Part shown: positions 27,323-40,133 of the stretch, in pieces
How the letters are laid out: each line of letters opens with the position of its first letter
Position numbering within the stretch: the stretch's first letter is position 1
Source: Lophium mytilinum
Lineage: Eukaryota
Reading direction: 5' to 3'
DNA length: 64,000 nucleotides
NCBI GenBank assembly: GCA_010093605.1
Contig: MU004191.1
Coordinates: 1,162,816-1,226,815, forward strand
Made by a program: the position numbers and the translations under genes
The notes under the pieces: generated by a model
What the model was told of the DNA's origin: nothing
The model's database searches: none
Seen by the model: only the letters and a program-made list of their open reading frames with translations

Positions 27323-29491
27323 AGATTTGCCCTGTTGCTCTCCACCGGCGTGCTTGCGCGTCTGGTCAGCGCGTTGTGTCTGCTTGCCCTTCTTCGGCCG
27401 CGGGCTGGCTGAGCTGTTGCTTCTTTTATCCGGATTGTGCAGCCCTTGGTCCCCAATGACGGTGAGGTCTGAAGTCGCCGAGGGCGAGATTCCAGGGTCT
27501 CCGGGGTAGAGGAAGCTAAAGTCGAAGGGCTGGACGAACCCGGGTTGCTCTATCGTGGCCGCCACGGTGAATGATTGCGCGGGAGCAGGTCTGGGTATGG
27601 TCGAGGGTGCGCCGTGAGGGCACTTTGTTGCGGGAGTGTCCGATGGCAACTTCTGGGCATCTGCGATGGCCGAGGAGGAAGTATTGAGATATCTTCTGTG
27701 TGAGCGCGGTGGTACTGGCGGTGCTGGGATCGATGCAGTGCAGATGCCGGGAGAACCAGGTTCGACGAGGAGGGGCAAGTCGAGGCGGCGTGGCCGATCT
27801 ACGCGATAGAAGACGACGAGTGTCCCGCGTCAGTCAACGTCAACAATGTCGGTGGTGTCTCAGCGAGCAACGAGAGACTCGCGATGGCTTTGGCGGGGAA
27901 AGGGCTCGACACGGAGCGCGATGGGAGGATGGAACGGACGAGGTAAGGAAGTTGTAAGAGCAGCGCGCTAGGCCGATCTACGATGCGATTATGCGGTCAG
28001 AGGCTGGGCTGGCCGGGCTGTCTGGAACGTCAGCGCCTGCAAGTGACGGCGGTGTTTCCGAAGGAAGATGCTCCCAGCCCGGCGATGAGGGAGCGAAGAG
28101 GAGAGCACACGGAGGCCAGGAAATGCAGTGCAGAAGCAGGAATTCGGGCTGGGTGATAACGACTCCAGGACGCTTAGGCGGCAGATGTCATAGAGCAGTG
28201 GCTGCAAGGGGCGGGCCAGTCGACAGGCAGAGGACATCACCACCAGGTTATTGCACATCTAACTGCTCTAGCCCCTAGCCCGCGGGCCTCGTCCCCACGT
28301 TGGCTAGGAGCCCATGGAGTCGCACGGCACAGCCTCCGCCAGTATCAAAAAGCACGGCGAAAGCCAGAAAGCAGCGCTGGTGCCATGCACAAAACGGGGG
28401 GCCTCCCGTGGTTCGGGCGACGGCCATGTCAGCGTGCAGCAAGCCGTCTGTCAGTGGATGGCCGCCGCTGGGGTTCATTTCGCAGGCTTGGAGGGAGAAT
28501 GGCGATTCGCAGCCTTCAGCCAATTGCAGCACTCAGAGGCCCTGGTGCAGATGTGCCGACAATTCTTGTCATATTTGCAGAATAAGCTCGCTCCCTAAAA
28601 TAGCCTCAGCGTGCTGATGTGCGTGCGGCCGGCAATTTTTGCTGCTCACGGTGAGATGCTCCACCAAATGCCACCCCTAACGCCAGGCCCTCCCAGCACC
28701 ACGATCCGCTACTGCACCCGCGAGATGACAGGCATAGCGTCCGTCGCCGCCCTCGCTGCCTCTTAGTCGTGATAACTCAGCGCAGAATAGGGATAAGAAG
28801 CACACGGTGGGCGGTACGAAGGAGTTCGTTTTTTTTAATGCATCACCCAACGAACATTGACAAGTTTAACACCTGCGCGCAAGTCCACCACAACTCAAAA
28901 CTGTTTCTAGTCTCGCGGCAACGGTACAATTTTACACGCTTAAGAAGTCGCACTCTTTCGATTGTCTTAATGTGGGTGGTTTTAGGTGTTGTCAGCTGTC
29001 AAAGCTACTGTGGGGTTTTCGCTTATGCATCAAAAAAAACGAACTCCTTCGTATATGGGTCTCCAGCGCCATCAGCAAACCCCTAAGTAAGCCATCAGCG
29101 GGCTGCAGGCTGCGCCGGTACCCACGACCACCCAGGGTCATTGTGGATGGAGAGAAGGGGTGCAATCGTAGAGCACCCCAGTACGCCCCCTCAAGAGCTG
29201 CCTGCTATTCATAGCCCGGCCAGCTCGTGAACTGCCAGAAGTCGGGCACTGAAGCAGCAGCCCGCACGCCGGGAGCCCGGGCACTGCCCACCTAGCACGT
29301 ATTCACGTATCCGCGTCCTATCACAACCTCTTCACCACCTCCATTCCCCGGCGGTGGGAAAGCTACCGTGCACTCCGCCGCACCCGCCCCAAGTGCCACT
29401 CCATGCGCCGATCGCCTCGTCCCGGCTTGCCTGTTTGCCCGTGAAGCCCAACAAAGCGTCTGATGCCGGTGCTCGCTGGCCATAATCGACC

Positions 29492-31658
29492 ATGGCTGCG
29501 AGCGAGGAACAAACGTCGTTGCCGCCCGCCCAGCCCTCCTACATCTTTCGCGGGCACACAGCCCATGTGCACACTGTGCTTTTTGTGCGCCAGAACACCC
29601 GTCTTCTAACCGGGGACGCGGACGGCTGGGTTGTTCTGTGGAAGCTTGCCTCCAAGAGACCCGTGGCTGTGTGGAGGGCACACGATGGGGCCATTCTAGG
29701 CTTCGCAGAATGGGGGCCGGAGAAGATCTTAACGTGAGTGACAGCAATTTCGTGAAGTCTTAGCTATTATCTCGTTTCAAGTCAGTTGTGCGATAAATAC
29801 CACGTACTCTCATTTCTCTATCTCATCACTACAGTACTATTCCTCTCGTTTCTCGCTATCGTTAGTTACGTATCAATCACGAGATTTCTGCTTGGAACAC
29901 AAAAGGAATATCAGCGTGCATGCTCTCAGCGACTAATATATTGCATCTCCAATTATAGACATGGCCGCGATAATGCACTCAAAGTCTGGCAACTCCGCGT
30001 CGCCGATGAGCACACTTTCTCGCCTGTACTCCCGGCCGACGACCTACGTGCAGTGCGTCCACAGCCATGGTTACTGCACTCCCTAGGTGTCAATACCTTG
30101 AATTTCTGCTCGTTTTCCATGTGCTTTGAGCAACTAGCAACAGAATCTACCCTAGGCCAGTCCGTTGCAGGACACGGTAACACGAAAGATGGCACCACAG
30201 ATTCGATACTGGTGGCTGTGCCAGGCACAGATGACAAGAAAGTCGACATCTTCCGGCTTCCAAGTGAGCAGAGGATACACACTGTCCCTCGCGTGATGTC
30301 AACTGAAACTGGTAAGCTAGAATGGGAACTTTCTTTTTCTGACCATAAATTACTCCATATTCAATATCCGTGCCATTTAATACATTCTAATCAGTCTCCG
30401 CAAAGGCATGATCATGGCCTTGAAAATCCTTCGCCATCCATCCAAACACCTTTTCGTCCTTGTCGGCTACGAAAGCGGCCACACTGCAGTCCACCAACTT
30501 GAACTGCCCTCTCAAGATAGACCTAAGAGTAATCGGAGCACCATATCTCCAACTTGGCATCTCGTCTATCTTAGTCAACCTCACTCCCAGCCAGTGTTGT
30601 CTCTCGATGCTACTCCAGATGTCTCAACTTACTTCACCTCCTCCGCCGACGCCATCGTCGCCGCTCACCACATTCCGGACCCTGAAATCTTGCAGAAAGA
30701 GCGAGGAAAACCACCGCCATTTCCCACAGCTTCTAGGGACTCAGCTACGCTACAGAACTCCACTAATCCTGCGCAAGCTCAGCCTTTGACAGAAGTCCAG
30801 ATTGCATACAAGATATCCAAGACCAAGCACGCAGGTCAGCAGTCCCTTCGCGTGCGCTCTGACAGTCGAATATTTGCAACTGCGGGGTGGGATGGCAGAG
30901 TAAGGGTGTACAGCTCGAAATCGCTGAAAGAAGTTGCCGTACTGAAATGGCATCGAGAGGGCGTGTACGGCGTTGCATTTGCACAGATTCTCAATCAAAC
31001 ACTCTCCTCTGCTGTCACAACCGACACTAGTAAGAGAATTGGAGATAGAGTTATCAAAGACGACGCAGAGACGTTAAGAACACAATGCTACGTCAGCCCC
31101 TACCCATCTGCATCCCCAACGTCAGCGGACAAAGATCTAGGTTTCAATATAGAGGGAGGAAGCTCTGCATCTAAAGAACCTAAAGCAGCATCCTATCCGA
31201 TCCACCTTACTCCAATTCTTTCTCCAATAGACCTAAAAGACTCTACGACAACGAAGAGTGGTTCATACGTCTCACCTTACAGCACTCCCACCCAGGCCCT
31301 CCCTACTACCAACGCCGACGCTACGAGCGTAGCAAAAGGATCTTCAGCCTACGTTTCGCCGTACAGCTCTTCCACCGCCGTCGCCCAAACCATCGGAAAA
31401 GTGGCCACGGAACCTACCACATACACATATAGCAAGCCCTCTACCACCTCTGGGCTGCACACCTCGCATCAATCCAAGCCTGTGCTTCCTTCTACTGCGT
31501 ATGTTTCGCCTTACCAATTTAGTAGCATGACTGGAGGAGGGGGAGGAGTAGACCCGATGAAGGAATTAGAAAAGAAAAGGGAAGAGGTGGAAGGAGCACG
31601 ACATTGGATTGCGGCAGGGGGGAAAGATGGGAAAGTCAGTCTGTGGGTTGTTTACTGA
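29492..31658 (+). CDS. ASA1: ASTRA-associated WD40 protein; 3 exons
   Basis: [86 protein letters not shown] and [14 protein letters not shown]. Confidence 0.9.
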
Positions 31659-32281
31659 GCTGCTGAGAGGTGGAAAGGACGAAGTTGGATGAAGATCACG
31701 TGATATGGACCACTCAATGTTGTCCCTGCAAGGTGCTGAAACACTGCAAACTCCAAAGCCAGTCATATCACTTGACGTCATTTGCTTACAAATGAAAGGG
31801 TTTCGAATGCAAAAAGACTGCGCGCTGCTGGTCATGCAGTGCAGCTTAATAATCAGGACAAAACCTAGCCAAGTCCCCTGCGGCCCACTCCATGTTCATT
31901 TACATAGGTATGGAATGAAGATCCGGGAATCGATCTTGTGACCTTCCCCACGGCATGTCCTGTATGCTATGAAAGGAAGGCACCACTGGCCCACTCACCA
32001 CTATGCGGTGATTCTTATCAGGCGGCGGAAATCATTTGCTTCATATAGGCATATACACAAACCTATCGCAGGGATATGATAACGAAACCAACATTCACCT
32101 GGCCATCCCTTCAAGCAATCGCTTTGACCACAAATGTACGTTTGTCAAATTCTGAAGATCGACCAAAAATATATACAATCGAACAACGGTCGCTCCCCAG
32201 TAGAATATATACACAAGAACATAAGCTTTTCCTCTCTCCTCTTTGTCTCCCTCCTCTCAGTTTTTTCAGGCGCACCGCTCT

Positions 32282-33385
32282 TTATACAGTCGGCCACCCA
32301 TTCACCCACGAGATCGTGTTCCACCCAAATATCTTATCCCCATCCGCGTACCCAATCGAAGTGTCCACGTGATGATAATACAGCACAGGGCCATACGTCG
32401 GGTCATCATACACGCCCTGTCCGCCCGGCCCGTAGACGGTGCCATGGCTCGCCAGCACGACCGTACCGCCGCCAGACGTGCACGAGACGCCGTTTTTGTC
32501 AACCTACAACCGCAACATTAGCCCGGGCCCCTGTCTCACAGAATCGTGAGTTTCAGAGAGGGGGTAAACTCACGAATCCACCCGTAGCAGAGGAGCTACG
32601 GCACACCTCAATACTATACTCCGCCCCCTTGGCCGGCCTATCGGTATCATACCCGCAGCAGATCCCGCGCGAGAAGAAGAGGTAGTAATACCCGCCATGA
32701 TTAAACATGTACGAGCCCTCCATAGCGTGGGTGCCGCTGCTGTTGAAAGCGATGTTGTAGCTACTCGCCGACGTTTTTGTCGGCGTGGCGGCCATGGGGG
32801 CTTGGTAGATGTCGCCCCAGAAGGAGCCGAAGTTGAGGTAGTAGGCGCTGCCGACGGCGATGAGGTTGGGGTCGATGGCGTTGTAGTTCTTGGAGCTGGA
32901 GGACGCGATGCCGGTCGCGCCGTGGTCGGTCCAGGAGCCCACGTCGAGGGTGGTGGAGGTGGCGAGGCCGATGGCGGAGTTCTGAGAGCCGAAGCTGGAT
33001 ACGGAGTAGTAGAGGTAGTAGGTGCTGCCGACGAGGTGGACGTCGGGGGCCTGTGTAGAGAGGTATTAGGTCAGTGATTTGTTAGGGGTGTTGAGGGGAG
33101 GTAAGGATGTACCCAGAGGTCAGTGTTCCCTGTCAAGTCGATCTTGGAGCCGCCGGATAGGACGACGCCTTTGTAGGTCCATGGGCCTACGAGGGCGGGA
33201 GCAGTGTGAACTGCGAGGCCTCCGCCAGTGGAAAATCGGAAGTAGGTCCCATCGGAAGACCTGCGGATTATAGAGGGGTCGTGGGAGTTGTTGCAAGTGC
33301 CTGAGCATGCGCCTGGGTTAGCGTAGGCATTGGCGGAGGATATGAATATGAGCGCTGTGGCGATGAGGGTAGATATGAACTTCAT
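32282..33385 (-). CDS. Secreted GH43 endo-1,5-alpha-L-arabinanase; 3 exons
   Basis: Signal peptide, then [64 protein letters not shown] and a terminal GWP. Confidence 0.93.
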
Positions 33386-34679
33386 GATGTAAAGAAATTG
33401 GTTGACCAGTTAGGAGAAGAAGAGGCTCATGACAAAATGGAGAGGAAAGCTCTGATAGAGTATATGTATGTAGGTACGGATCAGACGAACGGGTGAGCCG
33501 GAAGATAGTAGCTTGCCATCATGAGAGCAAAAGATTAGTTCCTATAGTGTAAATTGCACTGGACGGAGAAAAGGCATATGGAGGTGGGGTCCAACGAGTA
33601 GCGTCCTGTTTCGTTGTAATTATTCCGTGCATGTCAGGCCCTTTGGCAGTCCCTCCCCAATTTAGCGTGTCTGACAATCGAGAGTCGTCAGATAGGAGGT
33701 TCCCACCAATCTATGGCCAAGCGAGGGGTCAAATGACAGTTGCTACTCAAGGTTTGAACCCCTGGTCGTTTGCGGGGTGAGGTGGATCAGGGCTGAAACG
33801 AATATATCGTGAAAGAGAGCTGATTGGAGGAACTCAGTTCGGAGAAAATACATCTTAGCTTTTCGAGTAGCCTTAAAGCACTGCTAGGATACTCAACTGC
33901 CGTTGAAATGTCCTGATGGAAAGCCGAGCTATAGAAGGTGCAGAGACCCACTTTCGGCAACGTTTCGTTTGAGACGAGTTGAAACAAGCCGAGGATGGTA
34001 CCTGAATCATGCATCTAGCGTGATATCAACAAGCGAAAAGAAAGGAAGTGCTGTCTGTCAGCTTTGTTTCAAAGAGAGTCTGCATGGACTGAAGTACTTC
34101 TAATAGGAAAACAAATGGCCGTGGCTAGGAGAGTATGGGCCTCGGGATGTACCTACTGTGAAGCTACTTTCTTACCTGCCTTCAAGTAACTTGATAGTAG
34201 CGACATATCTAGGAGATGGCGAACTTCAACGATCTCAAAGCTGGTATAAGTTTGAAGTCGTCGAGCATCAGGTCCAGTGCAGTTGCGACGTGTTGAGATG
34301 CGGACCGCGTCTTGACCTACAGTACATATCATACTGCCGCACATATTCCAGCATAGCGAATTTGATTCCTAGATTGCGGGTCTCGTCTTACTTTCACCAC
34401 ATTCCTATGTAGGACTGAGACACTTCGTAGTACTTACTATCCGATGCTGCATAGACGCTCCAACTTGGTGACCGGGCTGGGCATGAGCTATCGAAGATAC
34501 GTCCAATCTGCACTTTCAAACCTCCTCCATGTCATTCACTCTAGGATCATGCGCTGGAGGGGCCCCTGACAGTCTCCCACCATCGCAAAGCCCCCGCAAC
34601 ATTCCCTTCCATTACCGTACCATACTACTCAGTCGCTCCCATAGTATCTCTAACTGTTTGACGTTCGTTGCGACACTAG

Positions 34680-35460
34680 CTGGTAGGAATAATGGATGAC
34701 CGGTGCCAAAATATGACTCTATCTAATCTACTACCCTCAACTGCCGTCTGCAACTTAATTCTATTAAAGATAACAGAATCTAGATATAGGCTGTTCTTCA
34801 AAATGTCCCATACAGTCCTGCGAACCAACTTTCGTCCCCGTTCAGCCGCCAGCACCCTGTTGTGCTCGATACTACTCTCGATGCTACCTGCCAGGAGCGG
34901 AAGCGTCCCTCAAGCATGGGCTATAATAACCTCAAGATTGGGGGCTCTTTGAAAGATACCAGCCAGTATCATTGGCACAAGGCCAAAGGTGGTCTCTATT
35001 GGGAATCCAAGAGCTACAATGGGCACCTGGCCATACGAGCCACCACATGGGCCACATACTGAAGGCGGCAGTCTGTGATAAGGATGCGCGTTATTAGCAT
35101 GAACAGGTTTACCGCTGTGCCACGGTCTGGAAAACTGGGAAAAGCCTTGAATCGTCCAGGCCCTCCTCAAGACCTCCTGGTCCTAGGATAAGGCTTCGCC
35201 TTATGGGAGGCTGGTTTAAGCCAAACGACCTCCGCAACGATCACATTCGTCGGTGCACTCAAAGAAAGCGCTGCGAAAAAGAAGAGCCGTCTTGGATGAG
35301 TCTTGCAAAGGTCATTTGTAGGGTCGTTCACCGTTTTGGCCACATCCCCGGCTGTCTCTGGGGTTCGTATTTGGGTTTGATCGAACGTATGGGACTTCTG
35401 GCGACGTCGATATAAAAGGTAGGATATATATGACTATGAACGACTTCGAGCTCTGCATCA
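34680..35460 (-). pseudogene. Disrupted amidohydrolase-2 decarboxylase similar to fungal isoorotate (uracil-5-carboxylate) decarboxylase
   Basis: Collinear fragments in shifting frames: VHSHIYP, DVAKTVND..LCKTHPRRLFFFAALSLSAP, LILGPGGLEEGLDDSRLFPVFQTVAQR*, HPYHRLP..ALGFPIETT..LAGIFQRAPNLEVIIAHA*GTLPLLAGSIESSIEH and RRTVWDILKNSLYLDSVIF. Contains stops, frameshifts and an apparent N-terminal deletion. Confidence 0.85.
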
Positions 35461-35844
35461 TTTCAAACTGCGAATTGTTATCTTGACGGAGGACGTGATA
35501 GGACCATCGCCACTTGAGCCTCAAACTAATATCCCAAAGCCTCTCGATAAGCATGTGACGACCGGGGTATTATATATAAACTCAGGTAGGCATCGCACAT
35601 CCAACGGCTCTAGCTGCCCGCTGTTCTAAGCGCCACTACTGCCCCTCACTAAGCCGATAGCCATCTTCGCTTGCAAGCATGCGAATCCAATTACCATTCC
35701 GCGGATGCAGGTATCCTTACTTCACGTAGGGCAATGATATCTGACCTGCACGTGATAGACGGCGACATCTGGTGTATTTATCTATAGCTCTAATCTGCTG
35801 CTTTTCACAACAACGCTTCTTATCGATCCCACTTCGTCCCTTCA

Positions 35845-37125
35845 ATGATGCATAGCGCAGAAGTCCCATTCAATGTTGCAATAATCGGTGCAGGTATCGG
35901 CGGCCTCGCGTTAGCGATTGGGCTTGTCCGTCAAGATGTCCGATTCACGTTATACGAGAGTGCCGGAGAGTACGCTGCAGTGGGCGCGGGTGTTGGGCTT
36001 GGACCCAATGCTTTGAAGAGCATGGACTTGATAGATCCCAAGTTGCGGGGCATGTACAACCAGGTTTCCACGGGAAATTTGAGGCTGGAGAAGAAGAATG
36101 TGATGATGGAAGCTTTGCTTCTTGAAGAAGGATTTGGTGAGAAGCAGGGATGGATGGGAGGAGAGTGGGGATCGCCAACCTTTGAACGGACGAGCGCGCA
36201 TCGAAAAGCATTGCTCGATATAATGACGAGCCTAATCCCTCGAAACACAGTCAAGTTCAACAAGCGAGTAACAAACATCCAACAAGACACTGGGAAGGTC
36301 TTCGTCACCTTTCAAGACGGGGAGACAATAGAGACTGACGCAGTCATTGGCTGTGACGGCGTCAAGGGTTTTACAAGAAGCGCAGTTCTTGGATCCAGAT
36401 ATTCGGACCTTGTAGATCCAAAATACACCAACAAATACCTCTACCGAGCCATCGCGCCCATAGAGGATGCAAAACGCGTCCTCGGAGAGCGCGCCACGGA
36501 CGCAGCCATGTTCATGGGACCCGGTATGAACTGGTCGATATACCCCATCTCGAAAGGGGCAGAAGTCAACCTCGTTGCGTTCAAGAAGGACGCCAGGGGC
36601 GCCTGGCCATACAGAGAATACACCCACCAAGTCGATCTCCAGACCATGCTTTCCGATTTCGAAGGCGTCGACTCCCGGCTTCTTGAGCTCCTGAAGATGT
36701 ACGCCAAACCAGTTCAATGGTCCCTCCATCACCACATCACCACGCCGACTTACTACAACGCTCACGTCGCGCTCCTCGGCGACTCTGCGCACGCTACAGG
36801 TCCGCATCAAGCCGCCGGCGCGGGCCAGGCCCTCGAAGATGCCCTCGTGATGTCGCGCCTGCTCGGCCTCGTGAAGCGCGCTGCTGATCTGCCCACGGCC
36901 TTCCGCATCTTTGACTCCCTGCGGAGGCCGCGTGCGCAGAAGGTCGTGCAGACGAGCTACGATGCTGGGGAGATCTACACCTTTGCGGGCCCGGAGACGG
37001 GGAGCGACATGGCGAAGGTGACGGCGAACTGTAATGAGCGGTTTTTGTGGATCTGGGAGCATGATCTCGAGGCTGAGGTGAGGATCGCGGAGAAAATGTT
37101 CAGAATGGAGACGGGGAATGCGTGA
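35845..37125 (+). CDS. FAD-dependent monooxygenase, salicylate-hydroxylase-like (group A); intronless
   Basis: GAGIGG Rossmann motif, DG motif GCDGVKG, and GD motif LGDSAHATGPHQAAGAGQALEDA. Confidence 0.93.
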   Translation: MMHSAEVPFNVAIIGAGIGGLALAIGLVRQDVRFTLYESAGEYAAVGAGVGLGPNALKSMDLIDPKLRGMYNQVSTGNLRLEKKNVMMEALLLEEGFGEKQGWMGGEWGSPTFERTSAHRKALLDIMTSLIPRNTVKFNKRVTNIQQDTGKVFVTFQDGETIETDAVIGCDGVKGFTRSAVLGSRYSDLVDPKYTNKYLYRAIAPIEDAKRVLGERATDAAMFMGPGMNWSIYPISKGAEVNLVAFKKDARGAWPYREYTHQVDLQTMLSDFEGVDSRLLELLKMYAKPVQWSLHHHITTPTYYNAHVALLGDSAHATGPHQAAGAGQALEDALVMSRLLGLVKRAADLPTAFRIFDSLRRPRAQKVVQTSYDAGEIYTFAGPETGSDMAKVTANCNERFLWIWEHDLEAEVRIAEKMFRMETGNA

Positions 37126-37809
37126 CGTAAACCGTTGTGGGTTTGGGTCAGTGGGTGAGGTTGGTTGACCAGTCTTGGTGGTGATGAGGAAGGAGGGGAG
37201 CGGGCTGATTGAAATTCGAGTTGAGCATAGCAGAGCGCTGTTGGAGTTTTCGGTTGGGAGGACGTGTATACACATGGCATGTTCGGTTGCTTGTTCTATG
37301 AATCTGAGACCTAGAATGATATAAGCTTTGCTTCTTAAACAAGGGAAAATATTTCGTCGTCGGCAACATGTATCCGATTCTTTACTATCCTGTCTCCATA
37401 TCTTAAAAGCCACAATCGATGGAAATCGATGCGCCCGTTCTGCGGATATCAGAGATCCGATAGGCTTGCATAGAGATCCGCTATGCGCCTAATCTGAGTG
37501 GGTGATAGGGCTGGAGTCCTACGAGCTAAATTGATCACCACAGGGAGCTATTAGCTGGGAATACAAGGGTTAGCAGGACTCGATATTGTTTAGCTGTCTA
37601 GAAAGTATGCTCCGCGGGAATAGGTTGTAGATGATAGTTAGCCTTTAGACTCTATCACGTGATATATGACCGCGACGTCTCGTAATGTGGCATCTTCAAA
37701 GATGTTCAGGCTCTTTCTTTGGAAACCGAACCCAAGACGGAATATAGAAAGCGGCTTTGGATCAACAAACTCTAAGTACGCCTGCCATTCCTTAGCCCTC
37801 TGATTTCTT

Positions 37810-39556
37810 TCAACGAAAACGACGCGGAGCAAATATCCTCCCCTTAGCTCTGATCTGTGGTCCCCTCCACATAAAAATCCCCACACCAAACGGGAAGAAC
37901 AAGATCGGGAGAACTGCAAAGACAATATACGGAACCTTAGCGCCACCCGGCTGCAGTATCCACTGCGGGACGTAAAAAGGCGGGTGGTACGAATTTAGAT
38001 TCAAAAAGAATTGAAATACCACCGCACACTCGGCGGCTTCAAGCGGGTAACAGTCGGTCATGTAGGTGAGGAGGACGGTAATCAGGACCTCTTGGCCGAA
38101 GGCGAAGATAGCGATGCCAGTTAAAGCAGCAGCCCAGCTGGTCGGGTAGTTGAGTTCGAGGCCGTACAAGAGAACGCCGGCCTTCGGGATGTCAGTGTGG
38201 GTCATATAGATGGGAATAGTTAAGTAATAGGGACGTACTGGAATGAAAACTACGCCAGTCCACGCAACTTTGAGAAGCATTTCCGGGACCCATTTTTCTC
38301 CCTTTTTTAGATGCCTCTTCGCAACAAAATCACAGATAGGCCCAGCTACAAACTCCCCGAGCACGGCGCCAATGAAACCGGAAAAAGAGCAGAAGCCAAT
38401 TTGCTGTGTGTTGAAGTTGTAGTGGGTCCCTATTCCGAATTGCAGTGGGAAGCCAGCCGTGTTAGCGACTTCGGTCATGAAGCAGATAGAAAACCAGAAT
38501 GAGGGGAGAACAACGGCTGGGAATGCGAACATTCTAAAATTACGGGTCCATGTTACTCTCATAGGCTCCTCATTGTGAGGTTTTCTGAAGCCTAAGCGGC
38601 GCCAGATGGAGCGCTTGATTTCTTCGGATTCTGCGTTGGCTTGCTTTTTGATATATATTGTTTCTGGAACTGAGAGAAGATTAGGATCATGAGAAGTGTC
38701 CAGGATATTTCGTGCACAGCCTACCTAGGAAGACTTGAGCAAAGAGGAGAGCGACGTATAGCAATGCTGCAATGTACATTGCCCAGCGCCACCCTAGGTT
38801 CTCATTATACTGTATGGATCCACCAACGACACCACCAAGATACGGAGCACAAACGAGGAGAAATGTATTATATCCCATACGTTTGCCCTTCTCATGTAGA
38901 AAGAACATGTCAGAAATGGCCGCTGGCGTAATGCATATTCCAACTGAGGCAAAAAACATAGCAAATATGCGAAGTGTCAACGCTTGGGCATAGGTTTCGG
39001 ACCTGGCTAGGCCGATAGTAAACATTATCGCGATGAAGTTGCCACCCAGAAGCACGGGCCGTCGTCCTATTCTCTGGCTCAGGGGAATCCATAAGAAGGG
39101 TGCAACGGATGGCACTACTGAGGCAGCGGATGCGATGTATGATGCTCTTCTTGCTGAGGTATGGAATTGTAAAGCAAGCCCGTGAGCACCAGGGGCCTTA
39201 TTCACCGTCAGCACAGTCAGCACTGCGGTCATTTTAAGAACCTACAAGCATTGTAGCCGTAAATTTGACTAGAAATGTTTCGAAACCCAACGCGATCAGT
39301 GCCAGATGTTTCTTCCAGAAGCTCCAGTTCTGAAACTTTTGTCAGCTTGACTGCTGCCGTCTGCTCCTCTCACAACACCTACTAAGGGCTCCTCCGGATC
39401 GTCAGTCGGCTGAGGCACCAAGAGGATGCCATCCTTTGTCGTCTTCGTGTTGGGGAGGATCGTGACTCGACCCTCCTTAGACTCGTTCTCCGTGTCACCG
39501 AGTGAGGACGGAGCCTCAATGATCATCTCTTTCTCGGTCGGAGCGTTGGCCATCAT
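37810..39556 (-). CDS. MFS transporter; multi-exon
   Basis: LVPQPTDDPEEPL/NWS, motif A (SQRIGRRPVLL), ISDMFFLHEKGKRMG, GWRW and many hydrophobic helices. Confidence 0.9.
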
Positions 39557-39910
39557 CCAGTACCGACGCAACGGTAACAGCGTGAATATATGACTATCCA
39601 GCCTGTCGGATATTATCTCGCGTGGATCGCGCTTGGCCGCCTGCAGGGGAAGATTTCACGCCAGCACGACGCGTGAGCCCCAGCCCCTCGCAATAAAAGC
39701 CAAGAGTGCACCGTGCAGTTTCTTATGCATCTGTAGTTCCCTGACCCCAGCTGTCGGTTACATGCAGCCGTCAGACATACAGTACTGTAGCGATGCCTTT
39801 TACTCATCTGTTGATCATAACGGTACAGAAAGGAAGCTAACACATACCATTTCGAGGCCGTTGCGCAACGATCCGTGCCGCCCGTCAGTACCATTGTGGT
39901 GGTGACAGCA

Positions 39911-40133
39911 GGTTCGCTGAACATAAAGTGGCAGTTTAGTTTGACTCCGTTAGAGGGAGTCCGAAGAGCAATCTGGCGTATCAAATTGATCTTTTCCAAC
40001 TCAAAAATAACATATCTGGGGGCCTCAAGCCGTGCTAGGCAAGTGTGTATAATCCTAGAGTACGCGTGCATTTTGTCTGACGTATCGGAAGTTCTGGAAC
40101 ATTTGTGAACTGCCACTTTTTGTTCAAGGAACC
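39911..40133. mobile_element. Degenerate MITE-like foldback element (26-bp terminal inverted repeats)
   Basis: 39911-39936 (ggttcgctgaacataaagtggcagtt) matches the reverse complement of 40108-40133 at 23 of 26 positions. Shares AAAGTGGCA and CAAGCCGTG blocks with the element at 40667-40900. No clean TSD. Confidence 0.55.

Noticed and set aside
36232..37413. 393-aa antisense ORF over the monooxygenase
   Set aside because: A shadow ORF produced by codon bias on the coding strand, with no motifs.
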